64,000 nt of DNA from Octopus sinensis (GCF_006345805.1 NC_043015.1:19716001-19780000); one strand, 5' to 3'. Shown: positions 24,723-40,316, numbered from the stretch's first letter. Notes: a model not told the origin generated them from the sequence alone. A program made the numbers and translations.

Positions 24723-26271
24723 GTTATTTGGCCATAGCATTACTGGTTATTTGACCATAGCATTACACACATATTGGGGAATATAAAAAGAGCAGAGGAT
24801 TCAAATCTAAAACCCAACTTGGTCTTTAATTCCTTCCATCTAAATTTACATCTCATAATTAAAAGCAAAAACATTTAGAAAATTTATTTAAGATGTACTT
24901 TTGTTTATAAGCTGATAATTTTTCAAACCATTAGCCTTGTCTTAGCACTTTGGATACTAAACTGCCTCAGACCACTTGAGGTTCAGTGGTGGAAATTAAA
25001 ATTTTTTCAAAGGGGACTAGATGAAAACCTTTTGTCAAAATTTCATTTTAATTCATGTTCTGAACACCAGCTTAATAATGACAGTACTTTAATAAATTCT
25101 CTTTTATTTTCAAAATTACTTGAAACAAAGGCAGTGGATTTCATTAGAAATATGAAAACAAAAGTCTTGCAGTGATCTAAATAGAAAGATTCCCTCAACA
25201 TTTCATGTTAATATTTCAAACACCAGCTTACAAATCCATTGAAACAAAGGCAAAAATATGATATCTGAAGGATTAAGCGATTAATTTTTTTAATATTTAC
25301 ATCTGCACAATATTTCAAGTGGTTTGAGCACAGGGGAGAGGGGATCAAACCAAATCAAACACAGTGTAGTTGTATATATTTAATATTGTTCTGTCTCTAA
25401 AGATGCAGTTAATATTTCAAAAGATTATAATCTAATGTTTATCATATTTTTATGGGGAAAATCTCATGAAGCCCTTCGTTATTTTCCTTCAACTAACATT
25501 GAACTAATGTTGCTCCTGTTACTTCTCCAAACTATTCTGTTCTGATTATAATATTTATTTTACTGATAATATTGATAATACTCAAAGGTTTGAAGCAATT
25601 AAACCAACATCTATCCTCCTTGCTGGCTCTCTTTATTTTAAGCTTTATTTCTCTTCACTTTAAATCAGGTGTTGTACTAAATACATGCCTACCTACATAC
25701 ATACATACATACACATACATACGTGCATACCTATCTACCTACATTCCAATGAAGGAGCCTTGGATCTAGGTTAGAAACCAGCTCTTTCTCTATTGGCAAG
25801 AAATCTTGTAATAAAACTGAACAATGACACGCACACACACACATACATGCAAACATACATATATACATACATACACAGATGCACACACACTCACAGACAC
25901 ACACTCACAGACACACACTCACAGACACACACTCACACAGACACACACTCACAGACACACACTCACACAGACACACACACACACACACACAGGCACACAT
26001 TCACGCAGGCACATACACAGATACACTCACACACATACACATACATACATATATGTCATTTTTACATACATGCACATAGGTGTGTATAAATTAATGGTGT
26101 TTAAGTGTTTGCTTCGATATTATAATGTACTATAAATCCTAGATGTGTGTGTGTAAACTCTGTAAATCTAATTGGTTCTAATTTTTTCATTTTATTTACC
26201 CAGTTATGTCCTTTGTAGATTAAAATAACAAAATAATGGAAAACAAATACTATGCTAAGAATACCTAAATA

Positions 26272-26309
<38 letters not shown>

Positions 26310-27406
26310 AGGCAGTGAGCTGGCAGAACCGTTAGGATGCCAGGCAAAATGCTTAGCAGCATTTTGTCTGTTGCTGCATTCTGAGTTCAAATTCTGCCAA
26401 GGTCGACTTTGATTTCATACTTTCAGGGTCAATAAATTAAGTACCAGTGAAACACTGGGGTCAATATAATTGTCTAATCACCCTCCTGCAAAATTTCAGG
26501 CCTTGTGCTTTTAGCAGAAAGGACTATCATTATTATTATTATTATTCAACTTACAATAACGATTTTTTCTGCAATATATGGATAGTTTATCCTGTTCATA
26601 CTATTGTATTAGCATTATCATGCATTTGAGAATAAATTATTTCTGTATTATTATTATTAAGGTGGTGAGCTGGCTCACTTGTTAGTGCATTAGAATAAGG
26701 ACTTTGCAGTATTTCATATCACTATTCATGAGTTCAAATCCCACTACAATTTTACCTTTCACCCTTTTGAGATTGATAAAATAAATACCAGTTAAGCACT
26801 GGAGGCAATGTATTCAACTAATAGCCTGTCTCTAAAATTGCTGGCCTTAAATCAAAATTTGAAATTATATACAGTGGAACCTGTTTCTGAATGTCTCTCA
26901 TCATGAAAAAATTGGTTTCTGAACAATTTTTTAAACATGAAATATCTCGGGTGACAAATGGTGGCTCGAGTAAGGAACATGCAAGTTGGCAACAACAGTT
27001 ACCATCTGGCTTTCAGTCAGCACACATTCTTGATAGAATTTGCTATTTCTTCTCTTAAATTTCCTTTGGGAAAAATAGTCTCAGTTTATGAACATTTCAG
27101 ACAACAAACAGCCTCCAGGAATGAATTAAATTTAGAAACTGAGGTTCCATTGTATTTGAAATAGTGGGTTGACAGAATTACAGGCAAGTTGGACTAAATG
27201 CTCAGCAGCATTCCTTCCAGTTCTTTATGTTTTGAGTTCAAATTCCACCAAAGTCAATTTCCCCTTTCATCCATTTGAAGTCAACAAAATAAATCTCTGT
27301 TGAGCAATGGGATTGTTGCAATTAACTTCCATTTCTGTGAAAATTGCTGGCCTTGTGTCCAAATTTGACACCATCATTATTATTATTATTATTATTAGTA
27401 GTAGTA

Positions 27407-27450
<44 letters not shown>

Positions 27451-27462
27451 AGGCAATGAGTT

Positions 27463-27850
27463 GGCGTGGCTGTGTGGTAAGAAGCTTGCTTCTGAACCAC
27501 ATGGTTCTGGGTCCAGTTCTACTGTGTGGCACCTTGGGCAAGTATCTTCTCTAGCCTCAGGCCTACCAAAGCCTTGTGAGTGGATTTGACAGATGGAAAC
27601 TGAAAGAAGCCTGTCACACACACATATATATATATATATTTATGTATCTGTGGGTGCCTTTATGTTAGTGTTTGTCCCTCCACCATCGCTTGACAACCAA
27701 TGTTGGTTTGTTTATGTCCCTGAAATTTAGCAACCCAGACCAAAAGAATAAGTACTCGGCTTACAAAGAATAAGTCCTGGGGGGTTGATTTCTTCGATGA
27801 ACGACAATGCTCCAGCATAGCCGGAGTCAAATGACTGAAACATGTAAAAG
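27463..27850 (+). mobile_element. tRNA-derived SINE, second family, with central (TA/CA)n
   Basis: ggcgtggctgtgtggtaagaagcttgc...gggttcagtcccact...gaaactgaaagaagcc-(microsatellite)-...gcatggccgcagtc...gaaacaagtaaaag; copies at 29430-29820, 30436-30810, 33290-33780(-), 38876-39250 and partial copies elsewhere. Confidence 0.8.
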
Positions 27851-29588
27851 AATATACTGGAAAATGTGTTGCTAAGCAATTATAGATGACAACCTAAAGC
27901 TCCTAATTATATGTTAATGTATATTCCTGTCGTGACTATAGACTGGGCAGAATCAGTTGAGCATCAGAGAAAATTTCTTGTGACTTTTTATAATCCCAGT
28001 TCAAATTCCATTGAGATCAACTTTTCCTTTCATCGTTTTGGGGGTCCATAAAAGACTGTACCCATCTAGGGTTGATGGAATCAATTAAACCCCTTCTTTT
28101 GAAATTGCTGGTTCTGTACCAAACTTTGAACCAATTATTATACTTTTGATTTTGTACTAAAAATAAGAATCACTTAACCATTCTCTCTTCTCACAAATTA
28201 TTAAAAACATTATTTTATTAATGCACAAAAACACCTCGCTTTTTGCAGAGCACTCTTAACGTTTTTACTAACCACATTGAAGAGGGTGAAAAACAAAGGG
28301 AAATAATCCATTGTTTTCTGTATGGTATTTTATTTTTCTGTGGGCATTTTTTTTTATGATGTCTGTCAGTTTTGGTTGTGTTTATTTTCTCATAAACTAT
28401 TATATGTATTGTAGGATTATTGCTAAGTTGTAAACACTTTTGTTATGTATTTAACAAATTCCAAAATAGTTATGTCATAGCAACAAGAAAAACGGCTGCT
28501 CTTTTACACAAATGCACGTACACACACAAATGTATATGTATAAGCATAAAATATTGATATAAATATACATACATGTAAATTGCATATATACACACACACA
28601 CACACACACACCACACACACACACACAGAGTATATATATCATAATAGCCTAATTGTTTTTATGGTTGGTTTCTTTCATACACACAATATATATAGTGTTT
28701 CATATAATTATATATGTGTATTTGTGTAAATGATATATTTTTTTAGAATTTTACAAGTCTTGTAACTTTTGTTACTAAACTGTTTCAAAAATCTGCTGCT
28801 GGCAAACTGAAGGTGTGAGCAGTTCAATTTCTATCACCAGCACTGCACAGTAGCCACAATCTCAGGCCTAATTTTCAAATGGCCCCAGTTCACTTAGCTG
28901 TTATAAGGAACCAACCATTATACAGCTCACTGCTCTCAATTACCAGGAGCACTGTATCATTAACAATCATATTATTAGCTTGCAAAACTGAGTGCCAATC
29001 CACCCATGACTCTCAGTTCAAAGAGCGAAGGACTCTTCTAAGCTAACTCACCATTTATGCAGACTCACCAAATAACAACAAAAATCTTTAAGAATTAGTC
29101 TTGCAGACATTTACTTACACAACTTTGCATTATAAATGGTGTTGCTGTTGTTGTAGTTTAGCACCAGGTCAACCCTGAGTTACCAAATTTATGCCAAAGG
29201 CATTCCACTTGTGACAGCCCCTACTTTTACAGCATATCTAGGGGTACATTATTAAATGTGTTCTTTCCTTCCTTTAAAAGTATAGGATACAGTTTGAGGG
29301 AGATATAGCTGTTATTTTTAGTAGTTCACATGGCTACAGAAGGACTCCCTGGTTGGGTCACTCTCAGTAAATCATTTTCTCTGGTGATTTCTGGTCATAG
29401 AATATTTTATGAGATACAATTATACATAGGTGCAGGCATGGCTGTGTGGTAAGAGGTTTGCTTCCTGGCCACATGGTTCCAGGTTCAGTCCCACTTCATG
29501 GCACCTTGGGCAAATGTCTTCTATTATAGCCTTGGGTTGACCAAAGCCTTTTGAGTGGCTTTGATAGATGGAAACTGAAAGAAACCTA

Positions 29589-29625
<37 letters not shown>

Positions 29626-31376
29626 TGTGTCCCCTCATCACAGCTTGACAACTGGTGTTGGTGTGTTTATGTCCCCATATCTTAGCAGTTTGGCAAAAGG
29701 AACTGATAGAATAAATACAAGGATTAAAAAAAAAAATTGGGGGGTCCAGTCATTCAACAAAAACTCTTTAAGGTGGTGCTCCATCATGGCCACAATCTAA
29801 TGAGTGAAACAAGTAAAAATAAGAGTTACTCATGGCCAGATCATGTTTTAACAACAGCTTAAATTTCTGAAGTGGTTTCTGTTGATTCATTGAAAACTTC
29901 ATAAAAAGCTGGTTAAATTCTGGTGACCCGTTTTTTTCTTTGTTTTTTCCTCAAATCCAAATCTTCTTAACACACATTCAAACTCTCACGATCAAAAATT
30001 CTAAACATCTTGACCCAGATTCTCATCTGCATTGCTGCTAATGCAGCTTGCTTTAATCTATCCACTTCATTACATACAGCCTGTTAATTAAGCTGTAATT
30101 AATAGTATGTTTAGTTTTTGGATTTGGTTTGCAAGATTCTTTATATGAGTTCGTGTGTTGAATCATATTCTGTTGTGTCTGGGGAGAGTCATTTTCTTTT
30201 TGTGCCTTATAATTTAACACACTCACCAGTAAAATTTCCACTTATTTCTTATTTATATTTTCCTAGAAATTTTCGTTGTGTCTTTGAAAAGGTTGCAAGT
30301 TGCAGCAAAAATTTCTAGGAAAATAAAAATAAGAAATAAGTGGAAATTTTACCGGTGAGTGTGTTACATTATAAGGCGCAAAAAGAAAATGAGTTTCCCC
30401 AGACACAACATAGTATGTTGCTTTATAGGCACAAACACTGGCTGTGTAGTAAGAAGTTTGATTCCCAACCACTTGGCTCCAGGTTCAGTCCCACTGCATG
30501 GCATTTTGGGAAAGTGTCATCTCCTACACCCCCAGGCCAACCAAAGCCTTGTGAGTGAATTTGGTTGACAGAAACTGAAAGAAGCCATAGTGTGCATGTG
30601 TGTGTGTGCGTGTGTTTTCTTATCATCCATCATTTGACAACCAGGGTATCTTCATGATTGTTCTCACACCCACTTACCAACTGGTGTTGGTTTGGTTTTG
30701 TCCCTATAATTTAGCAGTCCTCAAAAAGTGATCCATAGAATAAGTACCAAATTTATTCAACTAAATTCTTCAAGGCAGTGCCCCAGCATGGCCACATGAA
30801 ACAAGTAAAACATAAATAAAAGACATATTTTAGCTATGTTTATTTCACTTGATGGTTATTTCTTTCAAAGAAACCTTAAGACCATAAGCTTTCAAAGTTG
30901 TGGCATTTCCAATTTTCAAGAATTAGAAATATTCTGTCCAGACATTCACAACAAAAAAAGAACATAGAACGTTAGTAGTGAGTTGGTTTTAAAGTTGGAT
31001 GACTCTAAGAATGGTCAGATGGTTTCCGAGTTTAGATTTCTTAATTTATTGAAAGAATTCTGGAAAGTAAATTCATTCAAATATGGTCTTAACTTCAGTA
31101 TTTTTCTGACTCTGCTATATCTGACTCTCTGTCTACAGCTGTCTCTAATATTTGATTCAATAATCTCTCTCTATCTCTCTCTCTCTCTCTTAATCTATAT
31201 CTGACTCCAACACACACATTACACAAAATTGTTGACAGGTTAAACATAATAAAGTTCTCAAAATCGTTAAAAAAATATAACATTTTTTCCTATAAATTTA
31301 ATTCTCAATGATTAATATTACCTAATAATATTAACTAACATTCAATATTTTAAATTCTTTTAATTCAATTGAACAG

Positions 31377-31460
31377 CTCCCAATGGTGAATCAATACCAG
31401 CAAAGCTAATTCCACAACATGATGGAGACTATAAGGTGGAATGGACACCAACTGTTGCAG
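31377..31460 (+). CDS. Filamin-family exon 12 (A4, 84 nt)
   Basis: gaacag acceptor, gtgaga donor; PNGESIPAKLIPQHDGDYKVEWTPTVA(G); paralogous to A1. Confidence 0.9.
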
Positions 31461-31499
31461 GTGAGACATTTTCTTCTCTCATTTCTTTTGCTTCCAGTT

Positions 31500-31599
31500 T
31501 ATCATCATCATCATCACCATCACCATCACCATCACCACCACCACCACCATCACCACCACCATCATCATCACCATCATCATCACCATCATCATCATCACC

Positions 31600-31631
<32 letters not shown>

Positions 31632-32147
31632 CATCAAGGTGGCAAGATGGCAGAATCATTAGCACATTGGGTGAAATGCTTAGCATTATTTCATCTGCCG
31701 CTACGTTCTGAGTTCAAATTCCACCAAGGTCAACTTTACCTTTTATCCTTTTGGGGTCAATTAATTAAGTAGCAGTTTCATACTGTGGTTGATCTAATCA
31801 ACTGGTCCTCTCCCTACCCCAACAAATTACAAGCTTTCTGCCTACACTAGAAAGGATTATCATTATTATTATGCCAAGCAAAATGCTTAGCATCATTTCA
31901 TCCACCACTATGTTCTGAATTCAAATACCACTGGGGTTGACTTTGTCTTTCATCCTTTCAGGGTCGATTAAAAAGAAAGTACCATATGCAGACTAGGATG
32001 AATGTAATTTACTTAGCCCCACCCCCAAACATGCTAGCTTTGTGCGAAAATTTGAAACTATTATTATTATTATTATTATCATTATTATCATTATTATTAT
32101 CATTATTATTATCATTATTATTATCATTATTATTATTATTATTATTA

Positions 32148-32178
<31 letters not shown>

Positions 32179-32180
32179 CA

Positions 32181-32211
<31 letters not shown>

Positions 32212-32815
32212 TATTATCATTATTATTATCATTATTATTATTATTATTATCATTATTATTATCATTATTATTATCATTATTATCATTATCATTATTATTA
32301 ACATTTCTTCTGACTCTAAGTTCTCAGTTCAAATTTCATTGAGGTCATTTCTGCCTTACATCCTTTTGGGGTTGATAATATAAGACCTAAAATTTCAAGC
32401 CTTTTGCCTATTGTGAAAAGAATCATTATTATCATTAAGGTAATGAGCTGGCAGAATCGTTAGCACGGCAGGCAAAATGCAGAGTGGTATTTCATCTGCC
32501 ACTGCATTCCGAGTTCAAATTCCACTGAGGTTAACTTTGCCTTTCCTTCTTTTGGGGTTGATGAATTAAGTACCAGTTATGCACTGGGGTCAATGTAATT
32601 GACTGGCCTCCTCCCACCATATTTCAGGCATTGTACCCATAGTAGAAAGGATTATTATTAGTTGTTTTGGGTGAATGGTAGAATTATCCTCTCTTCAGAT
32701 AAAATACCAAGTAACATTTCTTTTGGCTCTCTAGGTTCTCAGTTCAAATTCCACCAAGGACAATGCTGCCTTTTATCCTTTCAGGGTTGATAAAACAAGT
32801 ACCGATTGATTACTA
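31500..32815 (+). repeat. (CAT/CAC)n tract, then about five SINE copies interleaved with a ~240-bp (ATT/ATC)n tract
   Basis: Read directly from sequence; source of the poly-H, poly-I and poly-L ORFs. Confidence 0.85.
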
Positions 32816-32974
32816 CTAACCCCCAAGATTGAGTTCAATTCCAGGCAGTGACCTGAATCAGCTGCAGGCCCAGACAGATTGATAGCAAAACGATTAACAA
32901 CCTAATTTGTTTAAAAACTTTTTTAATTTTTTATTTCTTTACTAATTTAATTATTTTGTCTTTTTTAAATTCAG

Positions 32975-33112
32975 GTCGTTATGGTATTGACATCTTGTAC
33001 AGCAGTAAGCAAATTGACGGCAGTCCATTCTCAGTGGATGTCTTTGATATTAATAAAATACGTGTCGAAGACTTATATTCAACTGCAGTTGATGAACCAG
33101 CAGGATTCACTG
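32975..33112 (+). CDS. Filamin-family exon 13 (B4, 138 nt)
   Basis: attcag acceptor, gtaagt donor; RYGIDILYSSKQIDGSPFSVDVFDINKIRVEDLYSTAVDEPAGFT. Confidence 0.92.
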
Positions 33113-33518
33113 GTAAGTTGTATAGATATTATTATTATTGTTGTTGTTGTTGTTTAGCCACAGGCCAGCCCTGGTTGGACAGGTACATGATCAAAAATAT
33201 TCCAACTGTGACCATCTAGCCCGTTCTAGTCATGACCTGTTGTCAGTAGCAGGATCTTCATAACAACTGATTTGTGTCTGTTAATTCTTTCTTACAGACA
33301 GTCATTCACTTGTTTCAGTCATTTGACTGTAGCCATGCTGGAGCACTGCCTTTTAGTCAAAGAAATCGACCCCAGGACTTATTCTTTATAAGCCTGGTAC
33401 TTTATCAGTCTTATTTGCTGAACCGCTAAGTTAAGGAGACATAAACACACCAGCATCAGTTGTCAAGCGATGGTGGAAGGACAGACATAGAGATTCACAC
33501 ATACACACACATACATAC

Positions 33519-33619
<101 letters not shown>

Positions 33620-34301
33620 TATACACACACACACACACATATACACTCACACCAGACTTCTTTTCAGTTTCTGTCTACCAAATCCACTCACAAGGCTTTG
33701 GTCAGCCCAAGGTGCCACACAGTGGAACTGAACCCGGAACCATGTGGTTGGGAAGCAAGCTTCTTACCACACTCCACACTGTATATATTCTTTTGTACAT
33801 GTGCAGACAGTGAGGGCCCTTGGCCTAGTGGCGGTTAGGGTGTTGCGCTCATGATGGTGAGATCTGTTTTGATTCCTTGACTGGGTGGGGGGGCATTGTG
33901 TTCTTGAGCAAAACACTTCATTTCATGCCGCTCTGTGATCGCTTCAACACTTGATGTGCGGCACATTTGTGCACCTGTACAGCCAGCTCCATCTGAAACC
34001 ACTAAACCCATGCCAGCATGGAAAGTAGATGTTAAACAATAAGGATGATATATGATTGTGTGTATGTGTGTGTATATGTATGCATATGATTGAATGTGTG
34101 TGTGTGTGTGTGATTGTGTGCGTCATGTATGATTATGTGCATGCATGTGTGTGTGATTGTGTGCTTATGTGTCTGTACATATGTGTATATATGTACATAT
34201 GTATGTGTGTACATATGTACGTATGTATGTACATATTTTTGTATGTATGTATGCACATGTATGTTCATACATAAGTACATATGCATGTATGTGTATGTAT
34301 G

Positions 34302-34334
<33 letters not shown>

Positions 34335-37150
34335 GGGGGGGGACACATGCTTTCATACATATTAGACCTGCAGGTATATACCTGTAGCCATCTAATTACA
34401 TATACAAACATACCCACCATAATAAGCAGGTTGACTCCTCTCCTGTTGTATCAGTGTTGATTATAGCCTGGAGGTGGTCAGCCACCAGCTTCCTGCTAAA
34501 GACTCTGTCAACCTATTGCTATGGAATGGCCTTCAGCTCTTCACTGAATCTGTTTTACGGGTATAAAAAGCTAACTTTTGACAAACCTGCTCCTGCCTCT
34601 CCCCTTCCATGCATGATCTGTTAGTTTATTTAGGGGTTAGTGGGGTTGGGATTGTGGTTAAGGCTGGAATTGGTATTTAATATCTTGTAGGGTGTTATTT
34701 TTACCATTGGTTCATTGTCCTGTGTTTGAACACCAGGCTACCCTTCCATCAACCCATTTACTGCACATACACACACACATACATACATACACACTCACAC
34801 ACACACGCACATATCCACCATTTTAATTATGATATGACCATCCTGTCTGTAGCCTCAGCTATAAATACCCTTGCTGAATGTGTGTGTGTGAGAGCAAGTG
34901 AGACACTGACAGAGAGAGAGAATGGGTGTATATGTACATGTAAATTCATATATGTATACATGTAAATATTGATATTTATATGTGTGTGTGTGTATGTACA
35001 CATATACATGTCTGTGTGTGTGTGTGATTATACTTACACACACATGTATATGTATACATTACACATATATACTTAGATGCATTTATATATATATATATGC
35101 ATTCATTTATGTATAAATTCACACACAGGCACATATACACACACATACAACTATTTTTTTCTCGTGGGACAGCTCTTGACTTTCACATCCTTACCTTCTA
35201 AATCATCATCATCACCCAACTGCAAACAGTATCATCTCCACATCAGGGAAATCCTTTGCAGTATTTGTTCCAAAACTTTACGTTCTGAGTTCAAATCCAG
35301 CTGAAGTTAACTTTACCTTTCATTTTTTTAGGGGATCAATAAAATCAAGTACCAGTTGTATACTGGTGTTAATATAATCAACTTGACCCCTCCCCCCCAT
35401 CAAAAATTTCAGGCCTTATGGATACAGTAGAAAAAATTATCATTATTATTATTATGTTTTGCATTCAAATTCCGCCAGGGTCAACTTTGCCCTTCATCCT
35501 TTCAAGGTTGATTAAATAAATATCTGTTACGCACTGGGGCTGATGTAATCGACTTAATCCCTTCCCCCAAATTTGAGGCCTTGTGCTTCCAGTTGAAAGG
35601 ATTATCATCATTATTATTATTAGTAGTAGTAGTAGTAGTAATAGTAGTAGTAGTAGTAGTAGTAGTAGTAAGGTAATGAACTGACAGGAACATTAGCCTG
35701 TCAGGTAAAATGCTTGGCAGCATTTCGGCTGTCCTTAAGTTCTAAGATCAAATCCCACCATGGTTAACCTTGCTTTTCATCCTATTAGGATTGATAAATT
35801 AAGTACCAGTCAAGTACTGGAGTCGATGTGATCAGCTTACCTTCTCCCCCACCAAAAACTTTCAGGCCTTGTGCCGATAGGAAAAAGGATTATTTTATTT
35901 ATTATAATTATTAGGTCACATGGCCTTGTGGTTACGGTGTTGCACTTATGATTGAAAAATTGTGATTTCAATTCTTAGACTGGGTACTGCGTTGTGTTGT
36001 TGAGCAAAAAATAATTTTTCTGCTCGTGATCAGAGGTGCACATATCGTCAGCCACTAAGGGACATGCTCAACTGGTTAAGATCAAACAACTGGCAAGAAA
36101 ATATACCAAGAGAAAACAGTGTACATGGTAGCACTTCCAATCAGTTAAGATCAGAAGCCATGAGAACCACTGCCTGGTGTTAAACGACAGTGAGACACAG
36201 AACCAGGTAGAGCACTGATCAATATACCTTGTGGTATTTAGTTACATCCCTTGACATTCTGATTTCATGACAACCACTGCTATCTACCACTATGACCATT
36301 ACTACCATCCCTCCCACAACAATTACTACTACTACTACTACAACCATTGCTACTAACAATAATACCATCACCATCAGTACAACAACCACTACTCTGACCA
36401 CTGCAACCAGTATCATCACCACTACTACTGGCTGCTATGGCAACCACCACCTTTGCTGTTGTTTCTAATACCACCACTCCCAATTACCACCACCACTGCT
36501 ACTGTTACTGCTGCTGCTGCTACTACTACTCCGACATCCCTCACACTACTGCTAAATACTCTGACCACATTCATCAATGGACTGACCAAATAGCTTGACC
36601 AACTTTATTACTCCTGGGCTGGTTTGTATTAGGATCCCCATAAACAGCAGCAGTAGCAGCAGCAGCAGCATTGATACTTGAAACTCTGATCCCCTTTTTA
36701 AGGGTCCTTAAGATCTTGCTTGCTTTTGAAACAGTTACAGTTAAAAGAGGCTATTTTATTAACCTCCACACCCTTAAAAACAGCAACAACAACAACAGGA
36801 CACAAACTACCAGGTACCCTTATTTATTTATTTATTTATTTATTATTTGGTCAGCAGATTAGCTCTATCCTGCTATTTTGATAAGACATCATCATAATCA
36901 TCATCATCATTGGCTTTTTTCAATGTTTGTTCTTAGCTATCTGCAACAGCAGTTTTTTTTTTTTTTATTTTCATCATCATCATCATTTATATTTCACTTT
37001 CATTATCATCTTCTTCATCATCTCTTAATCTTTACCATCACCATTATAATCATCTTATAGTCTTCCCCACAATCATCCTCTTCATAATATTCTACATCAT
37101 CATTATCAACAATTATATCAACAATTTCAACACCATTATCAGGTCCTTTA

Positions 37151-37507
37151 CTTAAGAGATGAGGAATTACGTACATTATTTACATTTGACGTTTATTTGT
37201 CCTCATCTTGTTTGTTGTTAACATGTTTCAGCTGATATACCCTCCAGCCTACGACATATACCCCTGGACACATGGCGTAGCGGTTAAGAGTGCAGGCTAC
37301 TAACCCCAAGATTCTGAGTTCAATTCTAGGCAGGGACCTGGATAATAATAATAATAATAATAATATCAAAAAATACCTTAGGAATGAGAACCCAGGTTTG
37401 AAATTTCCCCAAGACACCTGATGAAGGCTGGAGGTGTATATCAGCTGAATCGTTGTGTTAACAACAAACAAGATGAGGAGAAATATCCATCAAATGTAAA
37501 TAATGTA
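37151..37507. mobile_element. Palindromic tRNA-headed element with hammerhead-like motif, copy P3
   Basis: Truncated left arm, degenerate centre and nearly full right arm with A box tggcgtagcgg and B box gagttcaattc; HHR-like motif at 37413-37459 has GAAA>GAAT. Confidence 0.8.
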
Positions 37508-37699
37508 CCATTATCAGGATTCTTTACTTCAACATCACCCCTGATGACCACAAACACACCCACTCACACACAATACAATGAAATTAAAATTTAAAAAAAG
37601 GATACATCAGACTGAAACCTACCTGGGTATGTGAGGGAGAACAGTTTATCTTTACCTCAAACTCTTGTTTATAGTTGTCCATCAAAGTTGACGAGGATG

Positions 37700-38185
37700 T
37701 TGTCCTCTAGGAGTCTTATGCTTTATTTTGTGAGTTGAGAGACATGAAAACAGTCCGATCCTGGAATGGACACAGATGACAAGGGAAGCTGCCAATTATG
37801 TTGTTGGTGTGTCTGAGATGACACTGATGTCTCTTTTCCTCAAGTTCCTTTCGTCGGATTAGTTCAAAGTGTGCAGCTCCTTCGTCACAGAGGGAGCACC
37901 AGGTTTCCTGGTCCTGAGCAAAGTGTTTAAGTTGTACCAGTTGAATGTTGCAGGAGTTGAGGAAAAGCTTAAGACGTTTCCTGAACCTCTTCTTGGGTCC
38001 ACCTGTGCAGGCGACCACTGGTTGATAGCTCTCCAAAGAAGACCATTTTGGGGAGACGATTATCAGGCATCCTGATAACGTGGCCGACCCATCTTAGAAG
38101 ATGGCATTAGATGATAGCTTCAACCCTTGGGGATTCCTGCTTGCTGGAGAATTTCTGTGTGAAGGACTATATCTTTCCAAGAAAT
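37700..38185 (-). mobile_element. RTE/BovB-like LINE 3' fragment
   Basis: Minus strand ISWKDIVLHTEILQQAGIP/RVEAII*CHLLRWVGHVIRMPDNRLPKMV...GGPKKRFRKRLK...CHLC, with frameshifts and stops. Confidence 0.75.
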
Positions 38186-39882
38186 GAATAAAATTCATTG
38201 GAGTCAATGGATGTGAAATGACTTTAGTTTCCTCACATGATGGCAGTTTAAGGTCCAGCTTTCACAATCATACAGTAATGTTGAGATGACAACAGCCTCA
38301 AACTCTAACCCTCATAGTTGCTGTTTTTCCATTTCCAGCACCCCTAAATATTCAGACATATTAACACCTCTGGAGAGCTACCGAACAAGGGAACCTTTAT
38401 ACAGTTTGTTGACCTGCTAAAAACAACAGCTAAATCTTTCTCAAATCATTGGCTAACATTTTAACTCTTGGTTTAAAGGAAGGGCACCCAGCCATTGAAA
38501 CCATACCACACAGAGACAGGAACACTATTGGATCATTGGGTCCATGAGATCCTGTCAGGATGTCAACTCATGCCAATGTGGAAGATGTATGCTAAATAAT
38601 GAGGAGGACGACGACGATGATAATGATACCAGCCTACCAGGGACTACTTTTGATTCTATAATACAAAATTCTTGATTTAAGTTAATACTTCGCAACAAAA
38701 TTACATATTAAAAACCTATTCCAAATATCAGCTTAATAATGAAAAAGATATTTTACCAAATTCTTCATTATTTTGGAAATTAATTGAAATAAAACCAGTT
38801 TATTTCAACAGAGAAATGGTAACAAAAGGGTTGATAAGGAAAAAGGTATTTTAATTAATTCTCCATTATTAGGTGCAAGTGTGGCTGTGTGATAAGAATC
38901 TTGTTTTACAACCACAAGCTTCTAGGTTCAGTCCCACTGCATGCTGCCTTAGGCAAATGTCTTCTACTATGGTCTCAAGCTGAACAAAGTCTTGTGAGTG
39001 GATGTGGTAGGCAGCAACTGAAAGAAGCCCATTGTGTGTGTGTGTCGTTTTTTTTTCTGTGTTTTTCCCGACCACTGCGTGGCAACCAGTATTGGTTTGT
39101 TTAACTTAGAAGTTCAGCAAAAGAGATGAATAGAATAAGTACCAGGCTTTACAAAATAGGTACTGAGGTTGATTTGTTTGACTAAAAAGCAAAAACCTTT
39201 CAAGGTGGTGCCCCAGCATGGTCACAGTTCAAAGACTGAAACAAGTAAAAGATGGCTGATACAAGATTATTTCAGAATTAATTTTAAAAAAGTCAACTTT
39301 TATCCTTCCAGAGTCAATAATCTCCGATAATAATCAAGTACTTGATTAGGGTAATCAACTTAAGACCCTCCAACTAAAATTACTAGCATTGCACCTTAAT
39401 TATCATCATCATCATCATAATCGTTAGAAGAATTGTTAGCATGCTGGGTGAAATGCTTCGTGGTATTTCATTTGCTGCTACATTTTGAGTTCAAATTCCA
39501 CCGAGATCAATTTTGCCTTTCATCCTTTCATGGTCAATAAATTAAGTACCAGTTGCGTACTAGGGTTGATCTAATCAACTGCTCCCCACCAGTCCTCCAA
39601 AACTTCAGGCTTTATGCCTTTAGTAGAAAAGATTATTATTATTATTATTATTAAGATGGTGAGCTGGCAAAATCATTAGCACACTGGGTGAAATGCTTAG
39701 CAATATTTCGTCTGTCATTACATTCTGAGTTCAAATTCCGCCGAGGTTGACTTTGCCTTTCATCCTTTTGGGGTTGTTAAATTAAGTACCAGTTAAGTAC
39801 TGGGGTTGATGTGGTCAATTGTCCCCTCTCTGCCAAAAAATCCAGTCCTTGTGCCTACAGTACAAAAGATTATTATTATTTT

Positions 39883-40237
39883 ATGTTTGACTTTTGCTTT
39901 ATACATTTGTACAAGTTGACTCCAAGTCTCACCCAAAAGCCTCAAGAGACAACAAGTTAGAAGTTCATGTTGGTGTTATGCCTAGGATACCATATATTTG
40001 GTTTTGCTCATAGTGTTGTTCTATGGAATGTTTAAGAAACCATAAGAAAATTGTTTGTTTTAAAACTTGAGATTACATAGAAAGTATTATGCGTAGGATA
40101 TGAGCAGTTCCCATGAGCACTATCTCTTGAATTTCTGCCATTTTGGGGTTTCCTGGTATCTGAGCTATGTAGCAATCAGCCCCTTTTGCTATCATTCCCA
40201 GGGCACCTATGACAACAGGTACTGTTTTAGTCTTCAG

Positions 40238-40238
<1 letters not shown>
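39883..40238 (-). mobile_element. Second, shorter copy of the R4/Dong family at 18441-19043, embedded in (ATT)n
   Basis: Same 3' UTR (tttgtacaagttg.ctccaagtctcacccaaaagcctcaagagacaacaagttagaag) and ORF end; (ATT)n on both flanks. Confidence 0.85.
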
Positions 40239-40290
<52 letters not shown>

Positions 40291-40316
40291 CATAGTTATT
40301 ATTGTTGTTTTTGTTG

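Noticed and set aside
31419-32383. Poly-His, poly-Ser/Pro, poly-Leu and poly-Ile ORFs next to exon 12
   Set aside because: (CAT/CAC)n and (ATT/ATC)n repeats downstream of a good gtgaga donor at 31461
34640-34675. Telomere-like or G-quadruplex motif taggggttagtggggttggg
   Set aside because: Too short and degenerate; not a TTAGGG array
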